DNA of 64,000 bases from Candidatus Dormiibacterota bacterium (GTDB lineage Bacteria; Chloroflexota; Dormibacteria; Aeolococcales; Aeolococcaceae), in NCBI GenBank assembly GCA_963718525.1, contig OY970355.1:3072001-3136000 (forward strand), written 5' to 3'. How positions within the stretch are numbered: the first letter of the stretch is position 1; each line of letters opens with the position of its first letter. A model generated the notes under the pieces. The model did not search any database. It was not told where the DNA came from and saw nothing but the letters and a program-made list of their open reading frames with translations. Both the position numbers and the translations under genes were made by a program. Positions 30,268 to 39,715 of this stretch are shown in pieces.

Positions 30268-31898
30268 GCGGTTGTCACCGAGGCGGCGGCCTGCAGCCCG
30301 AACTCCTCGACGGACGCCTCGCGCATGAGGTACTTCTGCACCTTGCCCGTCACCGTCATCGGGAAGGAATCGACGAACTTCCAGTACCTCGGTACCTTGT
30401 TGGAGGCGATGCGGCCGCGGCAGAAAGCCTCCAGCGACTCGGCGGTGAGGATCACGCCCTCCCTCGGCTTCACCCAGGCCATGACCTCTTCACCGTAGCG
30501 CTCAGACGGCACCCCGATGACCTGCACGTCGCTGACTTCCGGATGCGCGTAGAGAAATTCCTCGATCTCGCGAGGGTAGATGTTCTCGCCGCCTCGGATG
30601 ATCATGTCCTTGATCCGACCGACGATGTTCACGTACCCGCTATCGTCGATGGTGGCGAGGTCGCCGGTGTGCATCCAGCCCGCTGCGTCGATTGCGGCCG
30701 CGGTGGCGGCGGTATCGTTCCAATAGCCGAGCATCACGCTGTATCCCCGGGTGCAGAGCTCGCCGGAAGCTCCCCGCGGCACGATCTCGCTTGTCTCCGG
30801 ATCGATGACCTTGACCTCGATGTGCGGATGCACCCGTCCCACCGTTCCGACACGCTTGTCGAGCGGGTCGTCGAGTGCGCTCTGTGTCGACACCGGTGAT
30901 GTCTCCGTCATCCCGTAACAGATGGTGACCTCGCGCATGTTCATGCGCAGCTGCACCTTCTTCATCACCTCCACCGGGCACGGCGATCCGGCCATGATGC
31001 CGGTGCGCAGCCGGCTCAGGTCGTACTGTTCGAACACGGGATGCTCGAGCTCGGCGATGAACATGGTCGGCACGCCGTAGAGCGATGTGCAGCGTTCCTG
31101 CTCGGCAACCCGGAGCACGGTGTCGGCGTCAAACGCCTCCCCGGGGACAACGATGCACGCACCGTGAGTCGTGCAGGCAAGATTCCCGAGGACCATGCCG
31201 AAGCAATGATAGAACGGCACGGGAATGCACACCCGATCCTCGGGTGTGTAGTTGACCGTCTCACCAACGAAGAAGCCGTTGTTGAGGATGTTGTGGTGTG
31301 ACAGCGTCGCGCCCTTGGGGAAGCCGGTTGTCCCCGACGTGTACTGAATGTTGATCGGGTCATCGAATTGCAGGCGTGACTCGACGGCGGCAAGCGCATC
31401 CTCCGACACATCCCGACCGTCGCGCAGCAGCGAGTTCCACGCGTCCTCGAGCACCAGCGCCTCGCGAAGCTCGGGGCATGTGCCCCTCACGTCGCCAAGC
31501 ATGTGCACGTAATCCGCCTGCCGGAATTCACGGGCCAGCACCAGGAATGACACGCCTGATTGTGCCAGCGCATACGCGAGCTCGGTGGTTCGGTACGCCG
31601 GGTTGATGTTGACGAGGATCGCCCCGATTCGGGCAGTCGCATACTGGGTGACCACCCACTCGAATCGATTCGGCGACCAGATGCCGACGCGGTCGCCGCG
31701 CCCGACCCCTCGACCCAGCAGGCCACGTGCGACCAGCGACACCTGGTCCCAGAGCTGCCGGTACGTCGCCCTGTAATTCTGGTGCGGGACGACGAGCGCC
31801 TCCGAATCACCGTGCCTCTCGACAGTCCGCCTCAGGTTTTCGCCGATCGTCTCGCCGAGCAGGGGAAGCGTACTCGGCCCCGATGCATACGACAGCAC
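30264..31898 (-). CDS. AMP-binding acyl-CoA synthetase
   Basis: [34 protein letters not shown]. Confidence 0.95.
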   Translation of the reverse strand: MLSYASGPSTLPLLGETIGENLRRTVERHGDSEALVVPHQNYRATYRQLWDQVSLVARGLLGRGVGRGDRVGIWSPNRFEWVVTQYATARIGAILVNINPAYRTTELAYALAQSGVSFLVLAREFRQADYVHMLGDVRGTCPELREALVLEDAWNSLLRDGRDVSEDALAAVESRLQFDDPINIQYTSGTTGFPKGATLSHHNILNNGFFVGETVNYTPEDRVCIPVPFYHCFGMVLGNLACTTHGACIVVPGEAFDADTVLRVAEQERCTSLYGVPTMFIAELEHPVFEQYDLSRLRTGIMAGSPCPVEVMKKVQLRMNMREVTICYGMTETSPVSTQSALDDPLDKRVGTVGRVHPHIEVKVIDPETSEIVPRGASGELCTRGYSVMLGYWNDTAATAAAIDAAGWMHTGDLATIDDSGYVNIVGRIKDMIIRGGENIYPREIEEFLYAHPEVSDVQVIGVPSERYGEEVMAWVKPREGVILTAESLEAFCRGRIASNKVPRYWKFVDSFPMTVTGKVQKYLMREASVEEFGLQAAASVTTA

Positions 31899-31986
31899 GA
31901 TGCTTCGACCTCCTGGTCACGGTGTTGCGCGGTGCGTGGGCGCCGCCCCGCCAACGATACGCGGCGCAGCAATCAATCGATGTCAG

Positions 31987-32700
31987 TCAGTCCTGAGAGC
32001 ACGCAGCCGCGAACGCGGCCATCGACGGGAAGGTCCAACCGGGACTCACTGTGACGCCCGGCGGAGGCGTTGCGCCCCACCCTGACTGCTCCCCGCGCCT
32101 GTCGATCCACACGGTCGGCAGGCCGAGCTTCCTCGCCGGCACATGGTCGTGGAACAGGCTCTGCGCCACGTGCAGCAGCCGTCCCTCCTCGACGCCGAGC
32201 CCACGAACCGTTTCCAGGAGAACCTCGAAGTTGCGTGGCGACGGCTTGTATGTGCCCACGTCCTGGGCGGTGACGATAGCGTCGAAGGTGACACCGAGTC
32301 GCGCGTTGCTTCCTGCGAACGAGCCTCGGTCGACGTTTGACAGGATGACCAGCTTGTATCGCGCCGAGAGCGCTGCAAGCGCGGCCGCGGAGTCCGGGAA
32401 CGCCGGCCAGTCCGCGACCGAGGTGGCAAGCCGCGCGCTCTCACCCGCGGAGACTTCGACACCCAGTGACGCACCGAGGCTGCGCATTGCAGCACCAAGG
32501 ATTTCGGGATAGAGCGCCGCCGGAGACCGCTCCTCCTGACGCGCTTCCGCACTCGCGTACCGCTCGAGCAGCTCCTCAACACCGAGGCTGAGGTGGTGCT
32601 CGCGCGCCCACGGGGTGAGCACCGCCTCGATGCCCGCCTCCCAGTCGATCAGGGTTCCATAGCAGTCGAAGCTCAGCACGTCGAAATCGGTGAGGTTCAT
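31987..32700 (-). CDS. HAD-superfamily 2-haloacid dehalogenase type II-like protein
   Basis: FDCYGTLIDWE, LSNVD, YKPS, HVAQSLFHD. Confidence 0.92.
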   Translation of the reverse strand: MNLTDFDVLSFDCYGTLIDWEAGIEAVLTPWAREHHLSLGVEELLERYASAEARQEERSPAALYPEILGAAMRSLGASLGVEVSAGESARLATSVADWPAFPDSAAALAALSARYKLVILSNVDRGSFAGSNARLGVTFDAIVTAQDVGTYKPSPRNFEVLLETVRGLGVEEGRLLHVAQSLFHDHVPARKLGLPTVWIDRRGEQSGWGATPPPGVTVSPGWTFPSMAAFAAACSQD

Positions 32701-33119
32701 CCGGCGTCTCGCCCTGTTGCGGCAGATGGCGACCGCAATATGAATCCGGACAGGATCAGCGCATTGACGACGATGGTGACAGCTCCTGGAATCGGTGTCG
32801 TTGCAACGACAATCCACACCAATCCTAGGACGATCCACAGGCAGCAGAACACGAGCGCATTGGTACGCGCCGCAGCCGCGCCACGATGTACTGCTCGAGC
32901 TGTCCAGATCCCCCAAGAGCCGGCGCCGACCATTGCCGCGCCCGCACCGACGGCCCAGCCGGCGACCACGCTCCCAAACCCTGGTTCGTCGACATTGACG
33001 ACCCCAGGGAGCCCGGTGCCGCCACGGAGAACGATGAGCCCACCCGCGATCAGCAGCGCACCCAGCAGAACCCATGCCGCGCTCTCGATCCAGAGCAGCA
33101 CCCGCGCCAGCTGACGCAT
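32697..33119 (-). CDS. Hypothetical 4-TM membrane protein
   Basis: MRQLARVLLW...; coupled by TGATG and ATGA overlaps to both neighbours. Confidence 0.75.
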   Translation of the reverse strand: MRQLARVLLWIESAAWVLLGALLIAGGLIVLRGGTGLPGVVNVDEPGFGSVVAGWAVGAGAAMVGAGSWGIWTARAVHRGAAAARTNALVFCCLWIVLGLVWIVVATTPIPGAVTIVVNALILSGFILRSPSAATGRDAG

Positions 33120-34240
33120 CAGGTGTGTCCGCGTCCGGCAACGCCGTCCAGAACGATGCCAAGCGCCGCCATGAGGCCGCCATCCGCCGGCGTCGCGGGC
33201 TCGGCGACCGGTGGCGGCACCCCCTCGGCTGCTGATTGGTCGAGGCTCACCCGCACCGCGCCGCCGCTCACCTCGAGCTCGTAGCGATCCGGCGTGGTGG
33301 CGGCCCCGGGCGTCTCCCACCGAGTGTCCGCTATGGCGACGCGATTGTGGAAGTCGTCGAGATCCACTTGAACCGCGCCGCTCTTGAGCACCGCCGACAC
33401 CGCAGTTCCCGCGAGCCGCTGCAGTGAGACGCGGAACACGCCGCTCGAGATGTGGATCGGGACGACCCCTCGCGGACGCGGCAGCAGGCAGTCGACCTTG
33501 CTGGCGCTGCTGTCCATCTGGATCTCGCGTAGGTTGATGCCGCGCAGGTCGAGGTGCGTGTTCCATGTCGGACCCTGGACCTGGATTCGCCACGGATGTG
33601 CCGGGTTGATCTCGATCTCGCCGCGCTTCCCGCCGCGAAGCCTCCGGACGATCACGCGCTCCCCGCGCACCACGGTGGTGGGTGGCGCCACCGTGCCCTG
33701 GGGGATCCGGAAGAGTTCTTCCATTGAACCGCTCGCCTGGACGACGACGCCACGCGACCCCGAATCGATGGCGAGCGTGATCGTCGTGCCGGGTCCCGAC
33801 GCCCGATCGACTGGGCTCGTGGACGGTTGCGCCGCCACGAACCCGATCATCATCGCTGCCACGTCCGCAGCCGTCGCCGGGTCGACGCCGCCCGCGACGA
33901 TGGCCTTCGCAAGTCGGGCATGGACGGCGCTTCGCCGGATGGCTCCGGGAACCTCGTGCAGGATCCGATCCCCGTCGCGCTGACCGGCGATCTGTGCGGC
34001 GGTGGTCGCGCACAACGTGAGCGCCGCACGGCGCCAGTCGCGTCCTCGATCGGGCTGCGGGACCCGCGCCAGGAGCGCATCGGCGACGATCTCGAGGAGT
34101 TCACCGCGATCCCGAACGTGCCAGTACAGCGACGCTGCCTTGACCCCGCTCCGGTCCGCGAGCGTGCGCATCGTGAGCCCGTCCAGGCCGTCCTCCTGGA
34201 TCAGTTCAAGCGCGCTCTCCGCGAGGGTCGCGCGGTTCAT
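33119..34240 (-). CDS. TetR family regulator carrying an inserted beta-rich domain
   Basis: GLDGLTMRTLA..GVKAASLYWHV HTH; about 170 aa extra beta-strand domain. Confidence 0.88.
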   Translation of the reverse strand: MNRATLAESALELIQEDGLDGLTMRTLADRSGVKAASLYWHVRDRGELLEIVADALLARVPQPDRGRDWRRAALTLCATTAAQIAGQRDGDRILHEVPGAIRRSAVHARLAKAIVAGGVDPATAADVAAMMIGFVAAQPSTSPVDRASGPGTTITLAIDSGSRGVVVQASGSMEELFRIPQGTVAPPTTVVRGERVIVRRLRGGKRGEIEINPAHPWRIQVQGPTWNTHLDLRGINLREIQMDSSASKVDCLLPRPRGVVPIHISSGVFRVSLQRLAGTAVSAVLKSGAVQVDLDDFHNRVAIADTRWETPGAATTPDRYELEVSGGAVRVSLDQSAAEGVPPPVAEPATPADGGLMAALGIVLDGVAGRGHT

Positions 34241-34301
34241 GCCCGCCGGATCGGCTTGTTCATTCGAAACCTGACTCCCTGATCGTACCTGGCGCCATCA
34301 C

Positions 34302-34359
34302 TTGACACACTAACATCGTTAGGGGTACATTTGCCGCCACATCGACCTAACAACGTTAG
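34302..34359 (+). promoter_or_regulatory. Sigma70-type promoter with two TetR-type operators CTAAC-N3-GTTAG
   Basis: TTGACA 34302-34307, TACATT 34326-34331; palindromes at 34310-34322 and 34347-34359. Confidence 0.8.
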
Positions 34360-34375
34360 CTCAGAAGGATCGCCG

Positions 34376-34537
34376 ATGGCACACCACCTGCTCGTACTCG
34401 CCCTGATCTGGATCGCCTTCGCGGGCGTGGCCGGAACGGTCGCTGCAGCCGGTGCCGGACAGCGAGCGGTCGGCGCGGTCTCGACAGGCGGCGTGTTCCT
34501 CGCCGTCATCGGCTCCCTGTTGGTGTTCTTCGCGTGA
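34376..34537 (+). CDS. Small 2-TM membrane protein
   Basis: 53 aa, hydrophobic, RBS AAGGA, GTGA overlap with the ABC ATPase. Confidence 0.7.
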   Translation: MAHHLLVLALIWIAFAGVAGTVAAAGAGQRAVGAVSTGGVFLAVIGSLLVFFA

Positions 34538-35523
34538 CCGCCGCCACCCCGGGATCCCTCGCCATCGAGGCCGCGCACCTCGAAAAGCACTACGCGAAGA
34601 CCATTCGCGCGCTGAGCGATCTGAGCTTTCGCGTGGAGCGCGGAACCATCTTCGCGCTGCTCGGACCCAACGGTGCCGGCAAGTCCACGGCCGTGAAGAT
34701 CCTGACAACGATGACCCGGCCGGATGCCGGCACCGCTCGCGTGGCAGGCATCGACGTCCTCGCCAACCCACAGCGCGTGCGTCGACTCATCGGGTGCGTC
34801 GCACAAAAGGACGCTGTCGACCTGGAGGCGACGGGCCGCGAGAACATCAGCCTGCAGGGACAGCTGTATGGCATGGCACACGGAGACCTCCGTCGCCGCA
34901 CTGCTGCGCTGCTCGACCAGTTCCAACTCACCGAGGCCGCCGACCGCGTGTCGCGCACCTACTCGGGCGGCATGCGCCGCAAGCTCGGTGTCGCCATGGG
35001 CCTCGTCCACAGCCCGGAGGTGCTCTTCTTCGATGAGCCGACGACGGGGCTGGATCCCGAGGCTCGGAGCGGCCTCTGGGGCGAGATCCACAGGCTCGCG
35101 ACGCGCGACGGAGTCACGGTGCTGCTGACCACGCATTATCTGGATGAAGCCGACCATCTCGCCCAGCGTGTGGCGATCATCGATCAGGGCCGTGTCGTCA
35201 CCGAGGGGACTCCGGACGAGCTCAAGAGTCAGCTGCGCGGCGATGCGATCAACATTCAGCTCGACGCCGACGCAGCCGTCGGTGCTGCGATTCGCGCGCT
35301 GAGCACGCGGAACGGGCGCCTGCGCCAGCTGACCGGCGAAGGGCGATCCGTACATGCCCGTGTTGACGACGGCGCCAGCTCGGTGCCGGAGGTGCTCGCC
35401 GCCCTCGATGCAGCCGGCGTCATGGTGACCGCCGTCACCGTGTCCCGCCCCTCACTTGACGACGTGTACCTCAGCCACACCGGGCGCAGTTTCAGCGCCG
35501 CCCACGCCGGAGAGCCGCGATGA
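34534..35523 (+). CDS. DrrA-like ABC exporter ATP-binding protein
   Basis: GPNGAGKS, YSGGMRRKL, DEPTTGLD, TTHYLDEA, SLDDVY. Confidence 0.95.
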   Translation: MTAATPGSLAIEAAHLEKHYAKTIRALSDLSFRVERGTIFALLGPNGAGKSTAVKILTTMTRPDAGTARVAGIDVLANPQRVRRLIGCVAQKDAVDLEATGRENISLQGQLYGMAHGDLRRRTAALLDQFQLTEAADRVSRTYSGGMRRKLGVAMGLVHSPEVLFFDEPTTGLDPEARSGLWGEIHRLATRDGVTVLLTTHYLDEADHLAQRVAIIDQGRVVTEGTPDELKSQLRGDAINIQLDADAAVGAAIRALSTRNGRLRQLTGEGRSVHARVDDGASSVPEVLAALDAAGVMVTAVTVSRPSLDDVYLSHTGRSFSAAHAGEPR

Positions 35524-36296
35524 GCACATTGGTGATGCAACCCACGCATGTGGCCGTCCGCTACCTGCGGGCGCTCTGGCGCCAGCCGATCTATGTCGTG
35601 ATGCAGCTGGTCCAGCCGGTGATCTGGCTGTTCCTGTTCGGGCAGCTGTTCAAAAACGTGGCCTCCCTGCCTGGGTTCGGCGGCGTCTCCTATATCGACT
35701 ACCTCGCGCCGGGAGTGCTGGTGATGAGCTCCCTGCTCTCCAATGGCTGGAGCGGCACGCTCTACCTCACCGACATGGAACGAGGCGTGCTCGATCGCTT
35801 CCTCGCCACCCCCGCGCGACGCAGCTCGTTCCTCGTCGGGCAACTAGGCTACTGGGCGACGCTCACCGTCATCCAATCGGTGATCCTCGTCGGTCTGGCC
35901 ATGCTCGGCGGCGCGCGGTTCGCCGGCGGCCCCATGAGCGTGCTGGCTCTGATCGCCGCGGCCGTCCTGCTCGGCTTGGTGATGGCGAGCTTCTCGAACG
36001 CGCTGGCTCTTCGGCTCCGCGATCAGAACACGGTGATTGCCGCCAACGTGATGCTCGTGCTCCCCCTGTGCTTCGTCTCGTCGGTCTTCCTCCCGCAAGG
36101 GCTCATGCCTCAGTGGATTCAGATCGTTGCTCGCTTCAACCCGGTCGACTGGGCGGTTGAGGCGGGCCGCCAGAGCATCGTCGCAAACGTCGATTGGTCG
36201 ATGGTGCTCACCAGGCTCGGCGGCCTTGCGGCGCTCGCGCTCGTGTTCGGATTGATCGCCGTCAGCTCGTTCCGCGCCTACCAGCGAGCCGTCTGA
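35520..36296 (+). CDS. DrrB-like ABC-2 permease
   Basis: LVQPVIWLFLFG, YLAPG, NPV; six TM segments. Confidence 0.93.
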   Translation: MSTLVMQPTHVAVRYLRALWRQPIYVVMQLVQPVIWLFLFGQLFKNVASLPGFGGVSYIDYLAPGVLVMSSLLSNGWSGTLYLTDMERGVLDRFLATPARRSSFLVGQLGYWATLTVIQSVILVGLAMLGGARFAGGPMSVLALIAAAVLLGLVMASFSNALALRLRDQNTVIAANVMLVLPLCFVSSVFLPQGLMPQWIQIVARFNPVDWAVEAGRQSIVANVDWSMVLTRLGGLAALALVFGLIAVSSFRAYQRAV

Positions 36297-36337
36297 CATG
36301 TGGTGCAGGACGCAACCGGCGCGATAGTGTTCGCCGC

Positions 36338-37315
36338 GTGAAGCGGTACGACGACGGTCCTGCATACCTCGGTCCGACGACGTTCTGCCGCGTTCCGCTG
36401 CTCATGAACGCCGAGGACCTCGATGCGGTGCGGCCCGATGTCGCCATCATCGGGGCACCCTGGGACGACGGAGTCACGTACCGGCCCGGGGCGCGCTTCG
36501 GCCCTCGCGCGGTGCGGACCGCGTCGTATCAGAACGGCGAGTGGCATCTCGAGCTCGAGGTCGCGCCTCTCGAGGTGCTCCGCGTCGTCGACTACGGGGA
36601 CGCCCGGTGCCTGCCCGGCATGGCCGAGGCGTCGCACACGGCGATCCGCGAGCGTGTGGCCGAGGTCGCGGCACGGCACGTGATCCCGATGATCATCGGG
36701 GGCGACCACTCGATCACGTGGCCGGCCGCGACCGCCGTGGCGGCAGCGCATCCACCCGGAAGCGTCGGGATCGTGCATTTCGATGCGCACGCCGACACCG
36801 GTGACAGCGCCTGGGGAAACCTCTATTCGCACGGTTCGCCGATGCGCCGTCTCATCGAGTCCGGCGCGATCCCTGGGCGGAATTTCGTGCAGGTCGGGCT
36901 GCGAGGATACTGGCCTCCGAAGGACGTGTTCGACTGGATGCGGACGCAGGGGATGCGCTGGCACCTGATGGGCGAGCTTCGCGACCGCGGCGTTGTCACC
37001 GTTGTTGAAGACGCCATCGCAGAAGCTCTCGACGGACCGGAACACATCTATCTCTCGGTGGACATCGACGTGCTCGATCCGGGCTTCGCGCCGGGAACGG
37101 GGACGCCGGAACCGGGCGGCATGCAGCCAGTTGACCTGCTCAATGCCATCCGCCAGATCGTCCTGCGCACTGATGTCGTGGCCATGGACGTCGTCGAGGT
37201 GTCGCCACCCTACGATTGGGCCGAGCTGACCTCGCAGAACGCGAATCGATGCCTGCTCGAAGCCGTATCGGCGCTTGCGGTCAAACGTCGCGACAGCGCG
37301 GGCGCGAAGGACTGA
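36338..37315 (+). CDS. speB: Agmatinase / ureohydrolase
   Basis: GARFGP, GGDHS, DAHAD, SVDIDVLDP..APGTG, EVSP. Confidence 0.9.
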   Translation: MKRYDDGPAYLGPTTFCRVPLLMNAEDLDAVRPDVAIIGAPWDDGVTYRPGARFGPRAVRTASYQNGEWHLELEVAPLEVLRVVDYGDARCLPGMAEASHTAIRERVAEVAARHVIPMIIGGDHSITWPAATAVAAAHPPGSVGIVHFDAHADTGDSAWGNLYSHGSPMRRLIESGAIPGRNFVQVGLRGYWPPKDVFDWMRTQGMRWHLMGELRDRGVVTVVEDAIAEALDGPEHIYLSVDIDVLDPGFAPGTGTPEPGGMQPVDLLNAIRQIVLRTDVVAMDVVEVSPPYDWAELTSQNANRCLLEAVSALAVKRRDSAGAKD

Positions 37316-37430
37316 ACGCCCCGGAAGTCCAGCATGCAGGGGCTCGGCCCTTGTTCCTCCATCGAGGCGCGATGGTCGTCCAGGCGCGCTTTCAGGCGCA
37401 GAAGCGCCGGCGCGTCTATGCTCGCCGGCG

Positions 37431-38450
37431 ATGGCTGATGACGTCGTCATGGTCGAAGCCGCCGGTCGCGAGATCCCGATCACGAACCCGGGCAAGGTCT
37501 ATTTCAACGAACGGGGCGAGACCAAGCTCGACCTGGTCCGCTACTACCAGTCCGTCGAGGAGCCGCTGCTTCGCGCCATGGGCGGGCGCCCTGTGCTGCT
37601 TCAGCGCTTTCCCAACGGGGCCAGCGGCCCGTCGTTCTTTCAGAAGCGGGTCCCGGACTCACGTCCCGAATGGCTCGAGACCACGATCGTCAGCACACCG
37701 AACGGGACGACGTCGCGAGCCCTGGTCTCCGCCGACCTTGCGCACGTCCTGTGGGCGGTGAACCTCGGCTGCCTCGGCTTCCACGTATGGCCATCGAAGG
37801 CCTCCGACCCTGAGCACGCCGACGAGCTCCGCATCGATCTCGACCCGAGCCCCGGCGTGGTGTTCCCGATGGTGCAGGAGGCGGCCCGCGAAGTCCGCGC
37901 GCTCTTCGACGAGCTGGGGGTCGCGTGCCTCCCCAAAACCACCGGCAACCGCGGCATCCACGTCTACGTCCGGCTGGAACCCCGGTGGAGCTCTTATGAG
38001 GTGCGCTCTGCGGCCGTAGCAGTCGCGCGAGAGCTCGAACGCCGCAGGCCAGAGCTGATCACGGGTGCGTGGTGGAAGGAGGAACGGGGCCGGCGCGTCT
38101 TCGTCGACTTCAACCAGAACGCACCGCACAAGACCATCTTCGGCGCCTGGTCGGTTCGGGCTCGCCCCGGTGCTCAGGTCTCGACCCCGTTCGCGTGGGA
38201 CGAGATCAACTCGATCACACCGGACGTCCTGACCATCGTGACCGTCCCAACTCGCGTAGCGCAACTCGGCGACCCGTGGCTGCCGATGTCGATCGCACCG
38301 CAGTCGCTCGAACCTGTGCTCGCGCTCCACATCCGCGACACGGCGTCGGGCGCCCTCGACGCACCGTGGCCGCCGCAGTATCCGAAGATGCCGGGCGAGC
38401 CCTCACGCGTCGCGCCGAGCCGTGCGCGCAAACCCGAGCCGCTCTCGTGA
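37431..38450 (+). CDS. Stand-alone LigD polymerase-domain primase-polymerase (Prim-PolC-like)
   Basis: FFQKR, RIDLDP, KTTGNRGIH, VDFNQN, C-terminal WPPQYPKMPGEP. Confidence 0.9.
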   Translation: MADDVVMVEAAGREIPITNPGKVYFNERGETKLDLVRYYQSVEEPLLRAMGGRPVLLQRFPNGASGPSFFQKRVPDSRPEWLETTIVSTPNGTTSRALVSADLAHVLWAVNLGCLGFHVWPSKASDPEHADELRIDLDPSPGVVFPMVQEAAREVRALFDELGVACLPKTTGNRGIHVYVRLEPRWSSYEVRSAAVAVARELERRRPELITGAWWKEERGRRVFVDFNQNAPHKTIFGAWSVRARPGAQVSTPFAWDEINSITPDVLTIVTVPTRVAQLGDPWLPMSIAPQSLEPVLALHIRDTASGALDAPWPPQYPKMPGEPSRVAPSRARKPEPLS

Positions 38451-38465
38451 CTCCCCGGCCGGTTG

Positions 38466-39683
38466 CTACGCGCCCGACCCGGTCCACTCCTCGCGGTGCT
38501 GCGGCTGGGCGAGAAAAGCGTCGCGAACCGCGCGCCGGACGGTATCGTCGAAGACGACGTCGGCGCCGATTCTGCCGAGCACCTCAGCGGCTTTGAGCAT
38601 CGCTTCCTCGCCACGCGACGACACAGCCGCCTCACGAAAGGCGTGGGTGTGCGGGCCGATGCCCTCGTTCGCAATGGCAAACTCGGGGTGGAGAGTCGGT
38701 GCCGCATACGAGACATCGCCGACATCGGTTGAGCCAGTGCGTTCCCAGGGGATGACGCGGTCCTCTCTGAGTCCGACCGCGGCGAGGTGCACGCTGGCAC
38801 GCTCGCCGAGCACGGAGTTCGAACGCAAGTCGAGGTAGGTCTCCTTCTCATCAAGCTGCAGGGTGCAGCCCGTCGCCTGAGCGGCCGCCTCGAAGATCGC
38901 GCGAAAGCGACCGTTCATGATGCGAAGATAGTCGCCGTCACGCGCACGCGTGAGGTATTCACCGCGCGTGAGCTCCGGGATGATGTTGGGAGCCGTGCCC
39001 CCCTCGATGATGAAACCGTGCACGCGTGCGTCGTCACGTAGCTGCTGCCGCCACAGCGACACACCGTTGTACGCATGGACGAACGCGTCCAGGGCATTGA
39101 TCCCGTGGTCGGGATTGCCCGCTGCGTGCGCAGCCTTCCCGCGGTAGGTCCACTCCCAGTGTGTGCACGCAAGCGCGTACTGCATCGACGCGGTGCGATC
39201 CGAGGGGTGAAAGATGAGCACTGCGTCGCAATCGTCGAACATCCCGTCGTGGCAGAGCGGAATCTTGCCGCCACCACCCTCCTCCGCCGGTGCGCCCACG
39301 ATCGTCACGCGAGCATCGACCCCTGCGTTGCTCAGTGAGTCCGCAAGAGCCAGACCCGCTCCCGCAGACGAGGTCGCGATGAGGTTGTGTCCGCAAGCGT
39401 GTCCAAGGCCTCGGAGCGCGTCGTACTCGCACACGAATGCGACGTGCGGTCCGCTCGTCCCGCGTCTCGCCACGAACGCGGTCGGCATCCCCGAGACACC
39501 ACGTTCCACCCGGAAGCCGTGCTGCTCGATCACACCACTGAGCAGACGCGATGACTCGAATTCCTCGTAGCCGATCTCTGCGAGCGCGTGTATCGCACGC
39601 GACGTGGTGATCAACTCGTCGGCGTGTGCGCCGGTGGCGTCATGGATCGCGTCGAGGAATTCGACGGGAACTGTTGTCGTCAT
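38466..39683 (-). CDS. M20 family amidohydrolase
   Basis: EYDAL, HACGHN, PAEEGGGGK, GSTDVG. Confidence 0.92.
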   Translation of the reverse strand: MTTTVPVEFLDAIHDATGAHADELITTSRAIHALAEIGYEEFESSRLLSGVIEQHGFRVERGVSGMPTAFVARRGTSGPHVAFVCEYDALRGLGHACGHNLIATSSAGAGLALADSLSNAGVDARVTIVGAPAEEGGGGKIPLCHDGMFDDCDAVLIFHPSDRTASMQYALACTHWEWTYRGKAAHAAGNPDHGINALDAFVHAYNGVSLWRQQLRDDARVHGFIIEGGTAPNIIPELTRGEYLTRARDGDYLRIMNGRFRAIFEAAAQATGCTLQLDEKETYLDLRSNSVLGERASVHLAAVGLREDRVIPWERTGSTDVGDVSYAAPTLHPEFAIANEGIGPHTHAFREAAVSSRGEEAMLKAAEVLGRIGADVVFDDTVRRAVRDAFLAQPQHREEWTGSGA

Positions 39684-39715
39684 GCGCTTCTCCTCGCCCG
39701 CTATTGTGCACAAGC

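Noticed and set aside
31987-34013. 398-aa and 438-aa ORF-track calls
   Set aside because: The N-terminal extensions overlap neighbouring genes; true starts are 32700 and 33119
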